DNA of 64,000 nt from an uncultured Christensenellaceae bacterium (GTDB lineage Bacteria; Bacillota; Clostridia; Christensenellales; SZUA-584): positions 20,132 to 84,131 of the forward strand of contig CAZSMH010000001.1 in assembly GCA_964607965.1 (NCBI GenBank). The letters run 5' to 3'. Position numbers and translations under genes: made by a program. How positions within the stretch are numbered: position 1 is the stretch's first letter; each line of letters starts with the position of its first letter. The notes under the pieces were generated by a model. The model was given only the letters and a program-made list of their open reading frames with translations, did no database searches and was not told the origin of the DNA. Of this stretch, positions 35,683 to 44,952 are shown one piece after another.

Positions 35683-36090
35683 ATGGACTCTCGGCTTAAG
35701 CAATGTAACATATGCAACAAGTTGTTTTATTCGTTCGGGGCGGGTAATTGTCCTGAATGCACCGAAAAGACGGAAAAAGATTTTGAAAAGGTGAGAGATT
35801 ATATATACGAGAACCAAAATGCCAACGTTGTTGAGATATCGCAGAAAACAGGCGTTTCTGAGAAAGCAATACTATCATATTTGAAAGATGGACGCCTGAC
35901 AATAGCAGAAGACAACGGGCTGCTGCTGTGTGAGAATTGCAGCCGATCTATACCAACAGGCCGTTACTGCAAGGAATGCAGCAGAATGCTGGAGTATGAT
36001 TTAAAAGGAGCATATGTAGCCCCCGAGGACAGAAAAAAAGGCAGCGCAAAAGGGTTGGGCAAAATGCATATTGATTATTATGATAAATAA
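35683..36090 (+). CDS. Flagellar operon zinc-ribbon protein (YvyF / TIGR03826-like)
   Basis: CNIC...CPEC and CENC...CKEC ribbons flanking a winged-helix-like segment; position directly upstream of flgM as in Bacillus. Confidence 0.7.
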   Translation: MDSRLKQCNICNKLFYSFGAGNCPECTEKTEKDFEKVRDYIYENQNANVVEISQKTGVSEKAILSYLKDGRLTIAEDNGLLLCENCSRSIPTGRYCKECSRMLEYDLKGAYVAPEDRKKGSAKGLGKMHIDYYDK

Positions 36091-36117
36091 ATATTTATAT
36101 ATATGAGGTGAAAGACT

Positions 36118-36393
36118 GTGAGAATTGATTCAATATCCCCGAAGGATTTGCTTAGGCAGTATACGCATATTAGGGAAAACAAGCCGGCCCCGGCAGCCTC
36201 GCCCGGTACGGACAGGGCTGAAATAACAGACGGCGCTAAAATGTTTTCCAATGCGCTTAAGGAAACGATGAATATGATGGAGGTGCGGTCTTCCGAGGAA
36301 CTCGAACATATCAATCAAGTTGCGGAGCAAATCAAAAACGATACTTATTCGGTTCCGGGGATAAAGGTGGCAGAAAAGATATTAGGTAAATAG
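36118..36393 (+). CDS. flgM: Anti-sigma28 factor FlgM
   Basis: GTG start after a GAGGTGA SD; 91 aa; C-terminus I..+..QIKNDTY.V....VAEKIL is typical of FlgM. Confidence 0.85.
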   Translation: MRIDSISPKDLLRQYTHIRENKPAPAASPGTDRAEITDGAKMFSNALKETMNMMEVRSSEELEHINQVAEQIKNDTYSVPGIKVAEKILGK

Positions 36394-36426
36394 CAGCATC
36401 AGTTTTATATGAAAGGAGGCATTATT

Positions 36427-36933
36427 GTGGACCGGCTGATAACAGCGCTTCAAGCGGTATTGAAGCAAGAGACAAAAGAATATAGTTTAATTCTTGCACT
36501 GGCCGGAGAAAAAAAAGAAAGCCTGCTTAAAAATGATGTTGCAGAGCTTGAGCGTATTGTTGCAAAAGAATGGGTGGTACTTAAAAAAATAAAGCAGCTT
36601 GAGACCGAACGCGAAGGTTTGATTGGCAAAATAGCAGCTTTATGCCGTATGCCCCGCGATACGCTGCGCCTTGAGCATATAATGGATGTATTAGATGATG
36701 ATATAAAGCAGGATTTTAAACGCATCAAAAAGGAACTGGAGAGCGTATTGGAAGAGCTATCGGAACAAAATTTTGTTAACAAAGGGCTTATCGATACGCA
36801 TCTTGCATACTCTGCTTTCTGCGTAAATCTGCTGACCGGACATCTTAATAAAAAACTGGGTGTCTATTCGCACTCGGGCGTAATTATGGACAGGCATGAA
36901 ACCGGCAATCTGTTGGTTGACCAAATGGTTTGA
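36427..36933 (+). CDS. flgN: FlgN-family chaperone for FlgK/FlgL
   Basis: GTG 36427 is preferred: AAAGGAGG ends 8 nt upstream, and the track ATG 36409 lies inside the SD. Helical, L..L...L..E...Y..L..L...K...L; position before flgK. Confidence 0.7.
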   Translation: MDRLITALQAVLKQETKEYSLILALAGEKKESLLKNDVAELERIVAKEWVVLKKIKQLETEREGLIGKIAALCRMPRDTLRLEHIMDVLDDDIKQDFKRIKKELESVLEELSEQNFVNKGLIDTHLAYSAFCVNLLTGHLNKKLGVYSHSGVIMDRHETGNLLVDQMV

Positions 36934-36942
36934 GGTAATAAA

Positions 36943-38439
36943 ATGGCAAGTATGTTTTTCGGGTTAGAAATCTCAAAGTCAGCGTTGGCAGTAAGTCAGC
37001 GCTCTATCACTTTGACGGGACACAACATTGCCAATGCAAATACTGTTGGGTATACCCGCCAGCGCATATTGCAGCAGGCGATAGATCCGAACCTTGCACC
37101 GTCACATATCGCTAACGATAAAAGAGCGATTATTGGCGGCGGCGTTGAAACCTGTGTTATAGATCAGATTCGCAGTGATTACATTGACAGGCAGTACCGT
37201 AAGGAAAACGCATCGCTTGGATATTGGAGTACCCGCGCTGAGGAACTGCAGTATGTCGAATCTATTCTAAACGAACTTTCAGACAGCAGCATTTCGGCTG
37301 CCATGAAAGACTTTTTCAATAGTGTCAGCGAACTTTCAATGGACCCGGTGAATGAAGAGATTCGTACAAATGTTCAGCAGAACGCCTTGAAAATGATAGA
37401 TACATTCGGTCATTATTACAAGGGTCTGGTTGACTTGCAGGTCACATATAACGAATCTATGAATGCTGTCGTGCAGGATATAAACGACCTGCTGACAAGC
37501 ATAGCAGGCTATAACAAGCAGGTTTACGCATACGAACTGTCCGGGCAGAAGGCCAATGACCTTCGTGATAAGCGCAACGTATTGCTCGACCAGCTTTCGG
37601 AGCTTGTTGGGATAACATACGAAGAGGATTCTAACGGTTATTTTATTGTAAACTGCGACGGCGTTGAACTGATAAATCACGTTACGGTAACGCTGCTGGA
37701 AACCCAGCCAGTGCTTACCGGAGAAGTGTCAGGTTCGCCGGATTTCTATGAGATATATTACGAGGGTACGACAACGCCTTTTTCCTACAGCGACGGCGAA
37801 CTGTATGCATACAAAATTCTGCGGGACGGTAACTCGCCGGATGATGTCGGTATACCTTATATTCTGCAGAACCTGAACAAGCTTGCAAGATACATGGCTG
37901 AGGCGTTCAACGATGTTCATAGTGGCGGATATACAATGCCGTACGGGGCACAGCCGTCCCAGACAGGTATCAACTTTTTTGACGTGCCTGCAGGCGGTTA
38001 CGGCGACATCACAGCCGGGACACTGGATTTGTCGGCACAGATACTGGCGAATGTCAATAACATTGCAGCCTCCGGTGTATTTATTGATCCTAGTGCTGCA
38101 AACCCGGAGAAGGGCAATAATGAAAATGCGCTGGCATTATCCGCGCTTTCGACAAGAATGGATATACCCGGCGTAGGCAACTTTGAGAACTACTTAAAAA
38201 GCACCACTGTAGAAATAGCGTTAGTAAGCTCTACGAGTCAGAAAATGACTTATAGCCAGAAAACGATTGTAGACAATCTTGAAAACCGGCGGCAGTCGGT
38301 TTCCGGAGTGTCGCTTGATGAGGAAATGGTTCAGATGATTACATATCAGCACGCGTATGCGGCCGCCTCACGTGTTTTAACCGCGATTGACGAGGCGCTT
38401 GATGTGCTGATAAACCGGACAGGCCTAGTTGGCCGTTAG
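36943..38439 (+). CDS. flgK: Hook-filament junction protein FlgK
   Basis: N-terminus GLEISKSALAVSQRSITLTGHNIANANTVGYTRQR; C-terminus SGVSLDEEMVQMITYQHAYAAASRV. Confidence 0.95.
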   Translation: MASMFFGLEISKSALAVSQRSITLTGHNIANANTVGYTRQRILQQAIDPNLAPSHIANDKRAIIGGGVETCVIDQIRSDYIDRQYRKENASLGYWSTRAEELQYVESILNELSDSSISAAMKDFFNSVSELSMDPVNEEIRTNVQQNALKMIDTFGHYYKGLVDLQVTYNESMNAVVQDINDLLTSIAGYNKQVYAYELSGQKANDLRDKRNVLLDQLSELVGITYEEDSNGYFIVNCDGVELINHVTVTLLETQPVLTGEVSGSPDFYEIYYEGTTTPFSYSDGELYAYKILRDGNSPDDVGIPYILQNLNKLARYMAEAFNDVHSGGYTMPYGAQPSQTGINFFDVPAGGYGDITAGTLDLSAQILANVNNIAASGVFIDPSAANPEKGNNENALALSALSTRMDIPGVGNFENYLKSTTVEIALVSSTSQKMTYSQKTIVDNLENRRQSVSGVSLDEEMVQMITYQHAYAAASRVLTAIDEALDVLINRTGLVGR

Positions 38440-38459
38440 CCGTAAAGGAGGCAATTATT

Positions 38460-39395
38460 ATGCGCGTGACAAGCGGCATGATGCTTAGCGGGTATTTAAA
38501 GAATTTAAACAATAATATGTCTGAATTGAATAAACTGCAAAACCAGATGGCAACGGGCAAACGGATTACCAAGCCTTCGGATGATCCTATCGGGGTTATA
38601 TCCAGCATGCAGACCCGCGTAAAAATCTATAAAAGCGAACAGTATAAAAAAAATGTAGAAAAATCGCTGACATGGCTTGAGCTGACAGAATCTTCGGTTC
38701 TTGAACTCAATGATATGCTCAAGACGGCTTATGAAAAAGCTGTGTACATGAGCAATGATTATTTATCTGCTGAGGATAAAGCTGCGACGGCGGAACAAAT
38801 AGGGCAGCTGCGCGACCATGTTTTAAATATTGGCAATGCGAAATCGGGCGATAAATATATTTTCGGCGGCTATAATGTTACTTCTCCGCCATTTGTTTTG
38901 GACGCAACGGGCAATATTTTGTACAATGGGTATGATCTAACCGATGAGTCAAACCCTGCCCTGTTAGCCGAGGATGAAGCTTCCATACAATATGAAATCG
39001 GTTTCGACGTTATAATGGATATATCAACGACAGGAACGCAGCTTTTTGGTATGGGCGAAAATAACGTTTACACGGTGCTCGATGATTTTTACACTGCGCT
39101 GAAAAACGATGCTTCAGGCGAAGAAATTTCACAGTTTATAAAAAAACTGCAGGACTGCCAGACGCATGTAATGTCTGTTGATGTGAGCGTAGGCGGGCGA
39201 GTCAACCGCTTAGAGCTTATACAAAACCGCTTTGAAGATGATGTATATATATACGAAGCGATAAAATCGAAAATTGAAGATGTTGACCAGGCCGAAGCTA
39301 TAATGAATTATAAGATGGCGGAATTTGTATATACGGCAGCGCTTCAGGTAGGCAACAATATAGTTCAGACTTCGCTTATCAATTTTCTAAAGTAG
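38460..39395 (+). CDS. flgL: Hook-filament junction protein FlgL
   Basis: MRVTSGMM......NLN.....L.KLQ.QM+TGKRI.KPSDDP plus a flagellin-like C-terminus. Confidence 0.9.
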   Translation: MRVTSGMMLSGYLKNLNNNMSELNKLQNQMATGKRITKPSDDPIGVISSMQTRVKIYKSEQYKKNVEKSLTWLELTESSVLELNDMLKTAYEKAVYMSNDYLSAEDKAATAEQIGQLRDHVLNIGNAKSGDKYIFGGYNVTSPPFVLDATGNILYNGYDLTDESNPALLAEDEASIQYEIGFDVIMDISTTGTQLFGMGENNVYTVLDDFYTALKNDASGEEISQFIKKLQDCQTHVMSVDVSVGGRVNRLELIQNRFEDDVYIYEAIKSKIEDVDQAEAIMNYKMAEFVYTAALQVGNNIVQTSLINFLK

Positions 39396-39418
39396 CGTGA
39401 TGCAAAGGGGGGCTAAAT

Positions 39419-39904
39419 ATGCTCATTGAAACCGATAGATTCGGTTCTTTTGATACCAAGGATTCAAAGCTTATTGAATTTCCGCAGGGTTTGCCCGGGT
39501 TTGAGGAACTGCGTCAGTTTATTATTCTTGAGGTGCCGCAGACAAAACCCGTATACTGGCTGCAGTCAACGGAAAACAAATACATTGCTTTGCCTGTAAT
39601 ACTTTCGTTTGAGATAATGGATGATTATTATATAGATATCCGTGAAAACGAGCTTGAGGAACTGCAGGTTGAAAGCCAGAACGATTTGCTGGTAATGAAT
39701 GTTGTTGTGATTCCGGGTAAAATTGAAGAGATGACAGTAAATCTTGCCGCGCCCATTATTATTAATGCTGTGCGCGGTATAGGAAAGCAGATTATTATTG
39801 ACGCAAAGACGATGCCTATTCGCTGGCCGGTATATGAGGCAATCATGAAGAGTCTTGACAAAGGAGGAGAGCAGGATGCTGGTGTTGTCGAGGAAAACGG
39901 GTGA
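39419..39904 (+). CDS. fliW: Flagellar assembly factor FliW (CsrA antagonist)
   Basis: I.F..GLPGFEELR.F.I........P..WLQS.E......PV is the FliW signature. Confidence 0.9.
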   Translation: MLIETDRFGSFDTKDSKLIEFPQGLPGFEELRQFIILEVPQTKPVYWLQSTENKYIALPVILSFEIMDDYYIDIRENELEELQVESQNDLLVMNVVVIPGKIEEMTVNLAAPIIINAVRGIGKQIIIDAKTMPIRWPVYEAIMKSLDKGGEQDAGVVEENG

Positions 39905-40082
39905 AGGAATCACGCTTAATCAGGACGTTGTGATAGAGATTTTATCAATTGAAGGGGATAGGGTTAAGATAGGTATAAACGCTCCTAAGGAAATGAGGAT
40001 ATTCCGTAAGGAGCTTTTGGATGAAACAGTAGATCTGAATCGAGCGGCGGCTAATACGCCGGCGATTTCTTTTGGCCGTTAA
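39876..40082 (+). CDS. csrA: Carbon storage/translation regulator CsrA
   Basis: The ATG at 39876 follows AAAGGAGGAG and overlaps the fliW 3' end. MLVLSRKTGEGI...IGINAPKEMRIFRKEL. Confidence 0.95.
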   Translation: MLVLSRKTGEGITLNQDVVIEILSIEGDRVKIGINAPKEMRIFRKELLDETVDLNRAAANTPAISFGR

Positions 40083-40106
40083 TTAATATTAAATACGAAA
40101 AACTAA

Positions 40107-40138
40107 GGCTCTCATGCAGCAGCGCGTGAGGGCTTTTG
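40107..40138 (+). terminator. Rho-independent terminator of the flgM...csrA operon
   Basis: GCUCUCAUGC-agcagc-GCGUGAGGGC (10 bp, two G-U pairs) followed by TTTT. Confidence 0.7.
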
Positions 40139-40217
40139 ATATTCTCAAAAACGTAAAGACTGCGGCATGCAACCTATACTGCAAAGCAGTAATTTTTTTG
40201 CTTTGGCAAGCGGCTGC

Positions 40218-40257
40218 ATAAATAAGAAACTGCCGACCCGATTGCGAGCCGGCAGTT
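40218..40257 (-). terminator. Rho-independent terminator of the flagellin gene (T-tracts on both sides)
   Basis: AACTGCCG...CGGCAGTT stem at 40228-40257; on the minus strand it is followed by TTCTTATTT. Confidence 0.75.
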
Positions 40258-40303
40258 CCTATTTTTAGACTGAGAGTCGGATGGACTCTGTGTGTGGCGC
40301 CGT

Positions 40304-41419
40304 TTACCCGAGCAGCGAGAGCACGTTCTGCGGAGCTGCATTGGCCTGAGCCAACATAGCGGTCGCAGCCTGTACAAGTATGCTGTTCTGGGTGAATACT
40401 GTCATCTCTTTTGCCATATCGAGGTCTCTGATACGGCTTTCGGCAGCCTGCAGGTTTTCTGCGGATGTATCGAGGTTGCTTATCTTGTGCTCAAGCCTAT
40501 TCTGCACAGCACCCAGGTTTGCGCGCTGTTCCGATACATCATTGATTGCCGCGTTGACAGTGCCTATGGCATCGTTTGCATTGCTCTGAGTATCCACGGC
40601 AGCAGAGGTCAAACCAAGATTGGCAGCCCGCATATCACCTATTGTTATTGCCAGGCTTTCATCTTTGTTTGCGCCTGTATGTATCTGGGCAGCTGTACCG
40701 GACACGGTAAACGCAAGAGCCTGACCAACGAAGGAATCAGCAGCATGCGAAGCCATAGTGATGCTTACAGTTCTTCCGCCTCCGAAATCAAGGCTGACTG
40801 TGCCAGCACCTGCCGGCTGTGCCTGGACCACCGCTGTGCTGTCGGAAGCCAGCGTGAAGGTGTAGGCTGTGCCTGCGGCACCCGGACGCGTGATGTTGAT
40901 TGTATCAGCCGTTGAGAATCCTTGGATTGTGATGTCGGTGACACCAAGAACACCGGGTCTTACAGCCGAAGCGCCCGTCACCGAAGCGGTTGAACCAAAG
41001 CTGCCGTTGAGCAATACCTTGTTGTTGAATGTGGTTTTGGTTGCGATGTCGTCGATTTCCAGCTTAAGCTCGGCAAACTCGGAGTTCAATGCAGCGCGGT
41101 CAACAGAATCATCGTTAGTGTCGGTTGCTGACTGTACAGCCAGTTCGCGCATACGCTGAAGTATGGAGTGGGTTTCTGTAAGGGCGCCTTCAGCCGTCTG
41201 CACAAGCGATATGGCATCTTCACTGTTCTTAGAGGCCATCTGCAGGCCGCGGATCTGCGCTCTCATTTTTTCTGAAATCGCAAGACCGGCAGCATCGTCG
41301 CCGGCACGGTTGATTCTAAAGCCTGACGACAATTTCTCGGTTGATTTTGATACGCTAGTGTTGTTCATAGCGTACTGACGATGAGTATTCATCGCCATAA
41401 TGTTGTTGTTAATACGCAT
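40304..41419 (-). CDS. fliC: Flagellin
   Basis: MRINNNIMAMNTHRQ...LSSGFRINRAGDDAAGLAISEKMRAQIRGL at the N-terminus and LAQANAAPQNVLSLL at the C-terminus. Confidence 0.97.
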   Translation of the reverse strand: MRINNNIMAMNTHRQYAMNNTSVSKSTEKLSSGFRINRAGDDAAGLAISEKMRAQIRGLQMASKNSEDAISLVQTAEGALTETHSILQRMRELAVQSATDTNDDSVDRAALNSEFAELKLEIDDIATKTTFNNKVLLNGSFGSTASVTGASAVRPGVLGVTDITIQGFSTADTINITRPGAAGTAYTFTLASDSTAVVQAQPAGAGTVSLDFGGGRTVSITMASHAADSFVGQALAFTVSGTAAQIHTGANKDESLAITIGDMRAANLGLTSAAVDTQSNANDAIGTVNAAINDVSEQRANLGAVQNRLEHKISNLDTSAENLQAAESRIRDLDMAKEMTVFTQNSILVQAATAMLAQANAAPQNVLSLLG

Positions 41420-41427
41420 AATTTTTT

Positions 41428-41457
41428 CCTCCCTGAAATTTTTTTCGCATCCTTGCG
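41428..41457 (-). promoter_or_regulatory. Flagellin 5' leader with CsrA-type binding sites (GGA hairpin + SD)
   Basis: The minus strand reads CGCAAGGAUGCG (GGA in a 4-bp-stem hairpin loop, 41457-41446) and AGGGAGG SD (41434-41428) 8 nt before the AUG. Confidence 0.65.
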
Positions 41458-41526
41458 TGGTTTATAAAAGAAAAACAAACGTTTCTGGGCGCCTTCGTCA
41501 ACGTTTATATTTCTCTTACGATTGAT

Positions 41527-41554
41527 ATATCGGCAATATAGAAAGAATACTTTA
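41527..41554 (-). promoter_or_regulatory. Sigma28 (FliA/SigD) promoter of flagellin
   Basis: The minus strand reads GTTAAAGTATTCTTTCTATATTGCCGATAT: TAAA, 16-nt spacer, GCCGATAT. Confidence 0.85.
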
Positions 41555-41647
41555 ACAATTTATTGATTAACAATGGAAAAAAAGTTTATTAATAATTCGA
41601 ATCAACATATATTTATATATTTTATTATTTATGTATTGGGAAGGCTT

Positions 41648-43228
41648 ATGGCGAACGCGTTAACGAAGATACCTTCAAAAATTTTTGATGCTTTTAAAAA
41701 AATGGAAAAAGGCCAAAAGGTCAGGCTGTTTATACTTATAGCAGTAATAATCATTATTCTTGTGCTGGTCTCGGTAGTGCTGAATCAAAAAAATTATACT
41801 GTTTTATACAGAGGGCTTGATTCTTCGGAAGCGGGTATAGTATTAGGCATGCTTGAGGACATGGGCGTTGATGCTAAGGCTGAGGGCACGGGTACTATAC
41901 TTGTTGATGAATTGGTAGCGGACAGCGTGCGTATGCAGCTGGCAGCGCAGGGATACCCAAACAGCGGACTGTCCTACGATATTTTTCAGAACGCTTCAGG
42001 GCTTGGCGTAACCGATATGGAAAAACAGGTCTATTACCAGTTTCAGCTTCAGGAGAATCTGCGCCGCACAATTATGAAAATGAGCAAGGTTGAGGATGCG
42101 GTGGTAAACATAGACCTCGGCGAAGAAAGTTCATATGTGTTCTCCGACAAAGAACAGGCGCCCACGGCTGCAGTGCTTCTTGAGCTGCACGGCGGGCAGC
42201 GGCTTACCGGCGATGAAGTCAAATCCATTTCCGAACTTGTGTCCAACAGTGTTTCAGGGCTTGATGTAGAGAACATAAGCATTACAGACTCCTCGATGAA
42301 TCAATACAGCGTTAACAAAGATAACGAGATTGAAAGCGTTGATACACAAATAGGCCTTCAGACAAGCATTGCAAAGCGCCTTAAGGATCAGGTAATAAAT
42401 CTGCTGGCGCCCGTATTCGGAGACAATAATGTTATGGCTGAAATCAACGTTAAGCTTAATTTTGACACAAAGGTAATAGAATCAATTGAATTTGAGCCGC
42501 CCTCCAACGGGACGGAAGGACTTGTGGTCAGCATGAAGGAGCTTGTTGAAGCCATTATTAATGAAACAGAGGGTGATGTGGCAGGTATCGATGCAAACGG
42601 AACAGCGTCCGAGTATTTAGCAAAAATTGAAGACAACGATAATGCCGTATACTATAACGTTTCGCGGGAAGCTAACTTAGAAATAAACGAAACAAAAACT
42701 CTGATAGAGCAGGCAAAGGGAACAATTGAGGAACTTTCCGTATCGGTAATCATCAACAGCGAAAACGCCGATGATTATACCGAGGAAGTTATAAATCTTA
42801 TTGCAACAGCAATAGGTGTGGATAAGTCGCTTGTGACAGTTGCCATGCTGCCGTTTATTTCGGCTGAAGAGCCGGACGGAATAAATAATTCTTTCCAGCA
42901 GCAGCAGGAAATACTCCAAAGCGTTCAGGACGCTGAAACGCTTCGTCTTGTAATAATTGTTGCTTCCGCGGTTATTGTATTAATAATACTTGCGGCAGTG
43001 ATAAAAATGTTTGTAAACAGCGGCAGAACAGCGGTAACAGAAGGCGGATTTGAGTATATTGTTGACGATGAGGCTGTTTTGGGCGAACCGCCAAGACCTT
43101 CGTTTGATGATATAAGTATTGAGGATCTTGACAAGACAGACAACAAGCTTCAGATACTTGAGGACTATATAGGGAAAAATCCTGAATCGGTTGCTAATTT
43201 GCTGCGCAACTGGCTTAATGAAGACTAG
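41648..43228 (+). CDS. fliF: Flagellar MS-ring protein FliF
   Basis: The ATG at 41648 gives the normal FliF N-terminus (short cytoplasmic tail, then TM LFILIAVIIIILVLV). The track start 41573 adds 25 AT-rich-encoded residues. YTVLYRGLD..EAG.++..L...GV motif. Confidence 0.85.
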   Translation: MANALTKIPSKIFDAFKKMEKGQKVRLFILIAVIIIILVLVSVVLNQKNYTVLYRGLDSSEAGIVLGMLEDMGVDAKAEGTGTILVDELVADSVRMQLAAQGYPNSGLSYDIFQNASGLGVTDMEKQVYYQFQLQENLRRTIMKMSKVEDAVVNIDLGEESSYVFSDKEQAPTAAVLLELHGGQRLTGDEVKSISELVSNSVSGLDVENISITDSSMNQYSVNKDNEIESVDTQIGLQTSIAKRLKDQVINLLAPVFGDNNVMAEINVKLNFDTKVIESIEFEPPSNGTEGLVVSMKELVEAIINETEGDVAGIDANGTASEYLAKIEDNDNAVYYNVSREANLEINETKTLIEQAKGTIEELSVSVIINSENADDYTEEVINLIATAIGVDKSLVTVAMLPFISAEEPDGINNSFQQQQEILQSVQDAETLRLVIIVASAVIVLIILAAVIKMFVNSGRTAVTEGGFEYIVDDEAVLGEPPRPSFDDISIEDLDKTDNKLQILEDYIGKNPESVANLLRNWLNED

Positions 43229-43237
43229 GAGCACACA

Positions 43238-44245
43238 ATGGTAAGGGACAAACTGACGCCAAAAGAAAAGGCCGCAGTGCTTATGATTACAATGGGAAAA
43301 GATCAGGCGGCCAAGGTTTATAAATTTCTGTCTGAAGAGGAGATAGAACAACTTACCCTAAGCATTACCAGCATGAGGCGTGTTGACCCAGAGCTTAAAG
43401 AAACGGTGATAGACGAGTTCATGCAAATGTGCATAGCAAGAAAATATATATCAGAAGGCGGAATTGATCTTGCAAGAGAGATTTTAAACAAAGCATTCGG
43501 TGAATCAAAAACAAACGATCTTATTGGTAAGCTTTCTTCATCGCTTCGTGTCAAACCGTTCGACTTTATACGAAAAGCCGACAGCACTCAGGTGTTAAAC
43601 TTTATACAAAATGAGCATCCGCAGACAATTGCGCTTATACTTTCGTATGTAGAACCAAAACATGCCGCACAAATACTTGCGGCTTTGCCGCTTGAAAAGC
43701 AGACAAGCGTAATTGCCCGCATCGCAAATATGGGAATAACATCACCCGAATATATTAAGGAAACCGAGCGGGTGCTTGAAAAAAAGCTTTCCACCTTAAG
43801 TTTTGCCGACCAGACGATAACCGGCGGTATAGACAGCCTTGTTACGATTCTTAACAGCGTTGATAGAGGGACGGAGCGGCACTTGCTTGAGGCGCTGGAA
43901 GAAACGGATGCGGAACTGGTTGAGGAAATAAGAAAACGCATGTTTATCTTTGAAGACATTGTTAAGCTCAGCAACCAGGCCGTACAGCGAGTATTAAAGG
44001 AGATTGACAACCGGGATCTTGCTGTTGCGCTAAAAGGCGCCACTAATGAGGTGGCGAAGATTATATATGATAACATTTCTAAACGCCTTCAGGAGATGTT
44101 AAAGGAAGATATTGAATATATGGGTCCGGTGCGCGTGAGAGACGTTGAAGAAGCGCAGCAAAAGATTGTTAACGTAATAAGACAGCTTGATGATTCGGGT
44201 GAGATAATCATTTCACGCAACTCGGGGGATGAGTTAATTGTTTAA
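43238..44245 (+). CDS. fliG: Flagellar motor switch protein FliG
   Basis: EKAAVLMITMG.D.AAKV+K.L.EEEIE.L; MFIFEDI; EAQQKIVNVIRQLDDSGEI. Confidence 0.95.
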   Translation: MVRDKLTPKEKAAVLMITMGKDQAAKVYKFLSEEEIEQLTLSITSMRRVDPELKETVIDEFMQMCIARKYISEGGIDLAREILNKAFGESKTNDLIGKLSSSLRVKPFDFIRKADSTQVLNFIQNEHPQTIALILSYVEPKHAAQILAALPLEKQTSVIARIANMGITSPEYIKETERVLEKKLSTLSFADQTITGGIDSLVTILNSVDRGTERHLLEALEETDAELVEEIRKRMFIFEDIVKLSNQAVQRVLKEIDNRDLAVALKGATNEVAKIIYDNISKRLQEMLKEDIEYMGPVRVRDVEEAQQKIVNVIRQLDDSGEIIISRNSGDELIV

Positions 44246-44951
44246 GATTGACAAAACGCTTGTTGACAATATGAATATGAACAAGTCGTGCATTGTCATA
44301 ACTCATAAGGAGACGACAAAAAAACCGCTTTCACATGAAAAAATAACTTTGAATGATGACTCGGATTTGCCTCCCGAAATACGGGAGAAAGCCAAGGAGT
44401 TTATGCAGAGTGCCAATATAAAAGCGCAGCAGATAATTTCAAATGCATTGGCAGAAGCCGAGCAGATTAAAGAGGAAGCGCGGCAGTTGGGTATAAGCGA
44501 AGGGCTTGCGGAAGCACAAAACAAGCATGACGAACAGTATAAAGAGTTACAGAACGTTATCTCCAAGGTGGAAGCATACAGAGAAGGCCTTTTTGAAGAT
44601 TTGCAAAGCAGTATACTCGACTTATCTATCGATATAACCGAAAAAATAATAAATATAACGCTCGAAAAAGACGATACAGCATATAAGGAACTTGTTAAAA
44701 ACGCTGTGGAAAGCATGAAAAGAGCGGATAAATTTGCGTTATATGTAAGCCGCAGCGAGTATGAAAAGTTCTTTAAGGATTGCCCGCAATGGCTTAAATC
44801 GCAAACAGAATGCGGCGAATACGAGGTTTATTGCGATGCGTCCATGCAAAAGGGCGATTGTATAATAGAATCAGAAAAAGAAATAGTGGATGCGGGTGTT
44901 TCAAGACAGCTTAAAAAGGTAAGGCAGCATCTTAAAGAACAGGGGGATTGA
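44238..44951 (+). CDS. fliH: Flagellar export ATPase regulator FliH
   Basis: TTG start overlapping the fliG stop. Charged coiled-coil region (AEAEQIKEEARQLG..EG..EA) typical of FliH; position before fliI. The start is uncertain (ATG 44271 is an alternative). Confidence 0.75.
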   Translation: MFKIDKTLVDNMNMNKSCIVITHKETTKKPLSHEKITLNDDSDLPPEIREKAKEFMQSANIKAQQIISNALAEAEQIKEEARQLGISEGLAEAQNKHDEQYKELQNVISKVEAYREGLFEDLQSSILDLSIDITEKIINITLEKDDTAYKELVKNAVESMKRADKFALYVSRSEYEKFFKDCPQWLKSQTECGEYEVYCDASMQKGDCIIESEKEIVDAGVSRQLKKVRQHLKEQGD

Positions 44952-44952
44952 T

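Noticed and set aside
40114-40221. A 35-codon ORF (MQQRVRAFDILKNV...) and a small hairpin (GCAAAGC...GCTTTG) in the gap between the convergent terminators; possible small protein or sRNA.
   Set aside because: The ATG lies inside the csrA-operon terminator stem, the SD is weak, no promoter was found, and the hairpin has its T-run in the loop.
40292-40915. A 207-aa plus-strand ORF opposite the flagellin gene.
   Set aside because: The minus-strand frame encodes an unmistakable flagellin with its own promoter, SD and terminator. The plus frame is Cys/His/Arg-rich nonsense.
40304-41419. Markedly higher GC (about 50-55% in the central part) in the flagellin gene than in its neighbours, which could indicate horizontal acquisition.
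   Set aside because: It is explained by the Ala/Gly/Thr/Val-rich composition and likely codon bias of a very highly expressed gene. The flanking regulatory signals are native-looking (same sigma28 motif style as 34102).
41420-41650. A search for a C. difficile-style invertible flagellar switch or a c-di-GMP riboswitch near the flagellin/fliF control region, and also upstream of the other flagellar operons.
   Set aside because: There are no long flanking inverted repeats, no recombinase gene in the window, and no GEMM-like conserved GC-rich helices. Only a short AAACGTT/AACGTTT hairpin is present in the flagellin leader.
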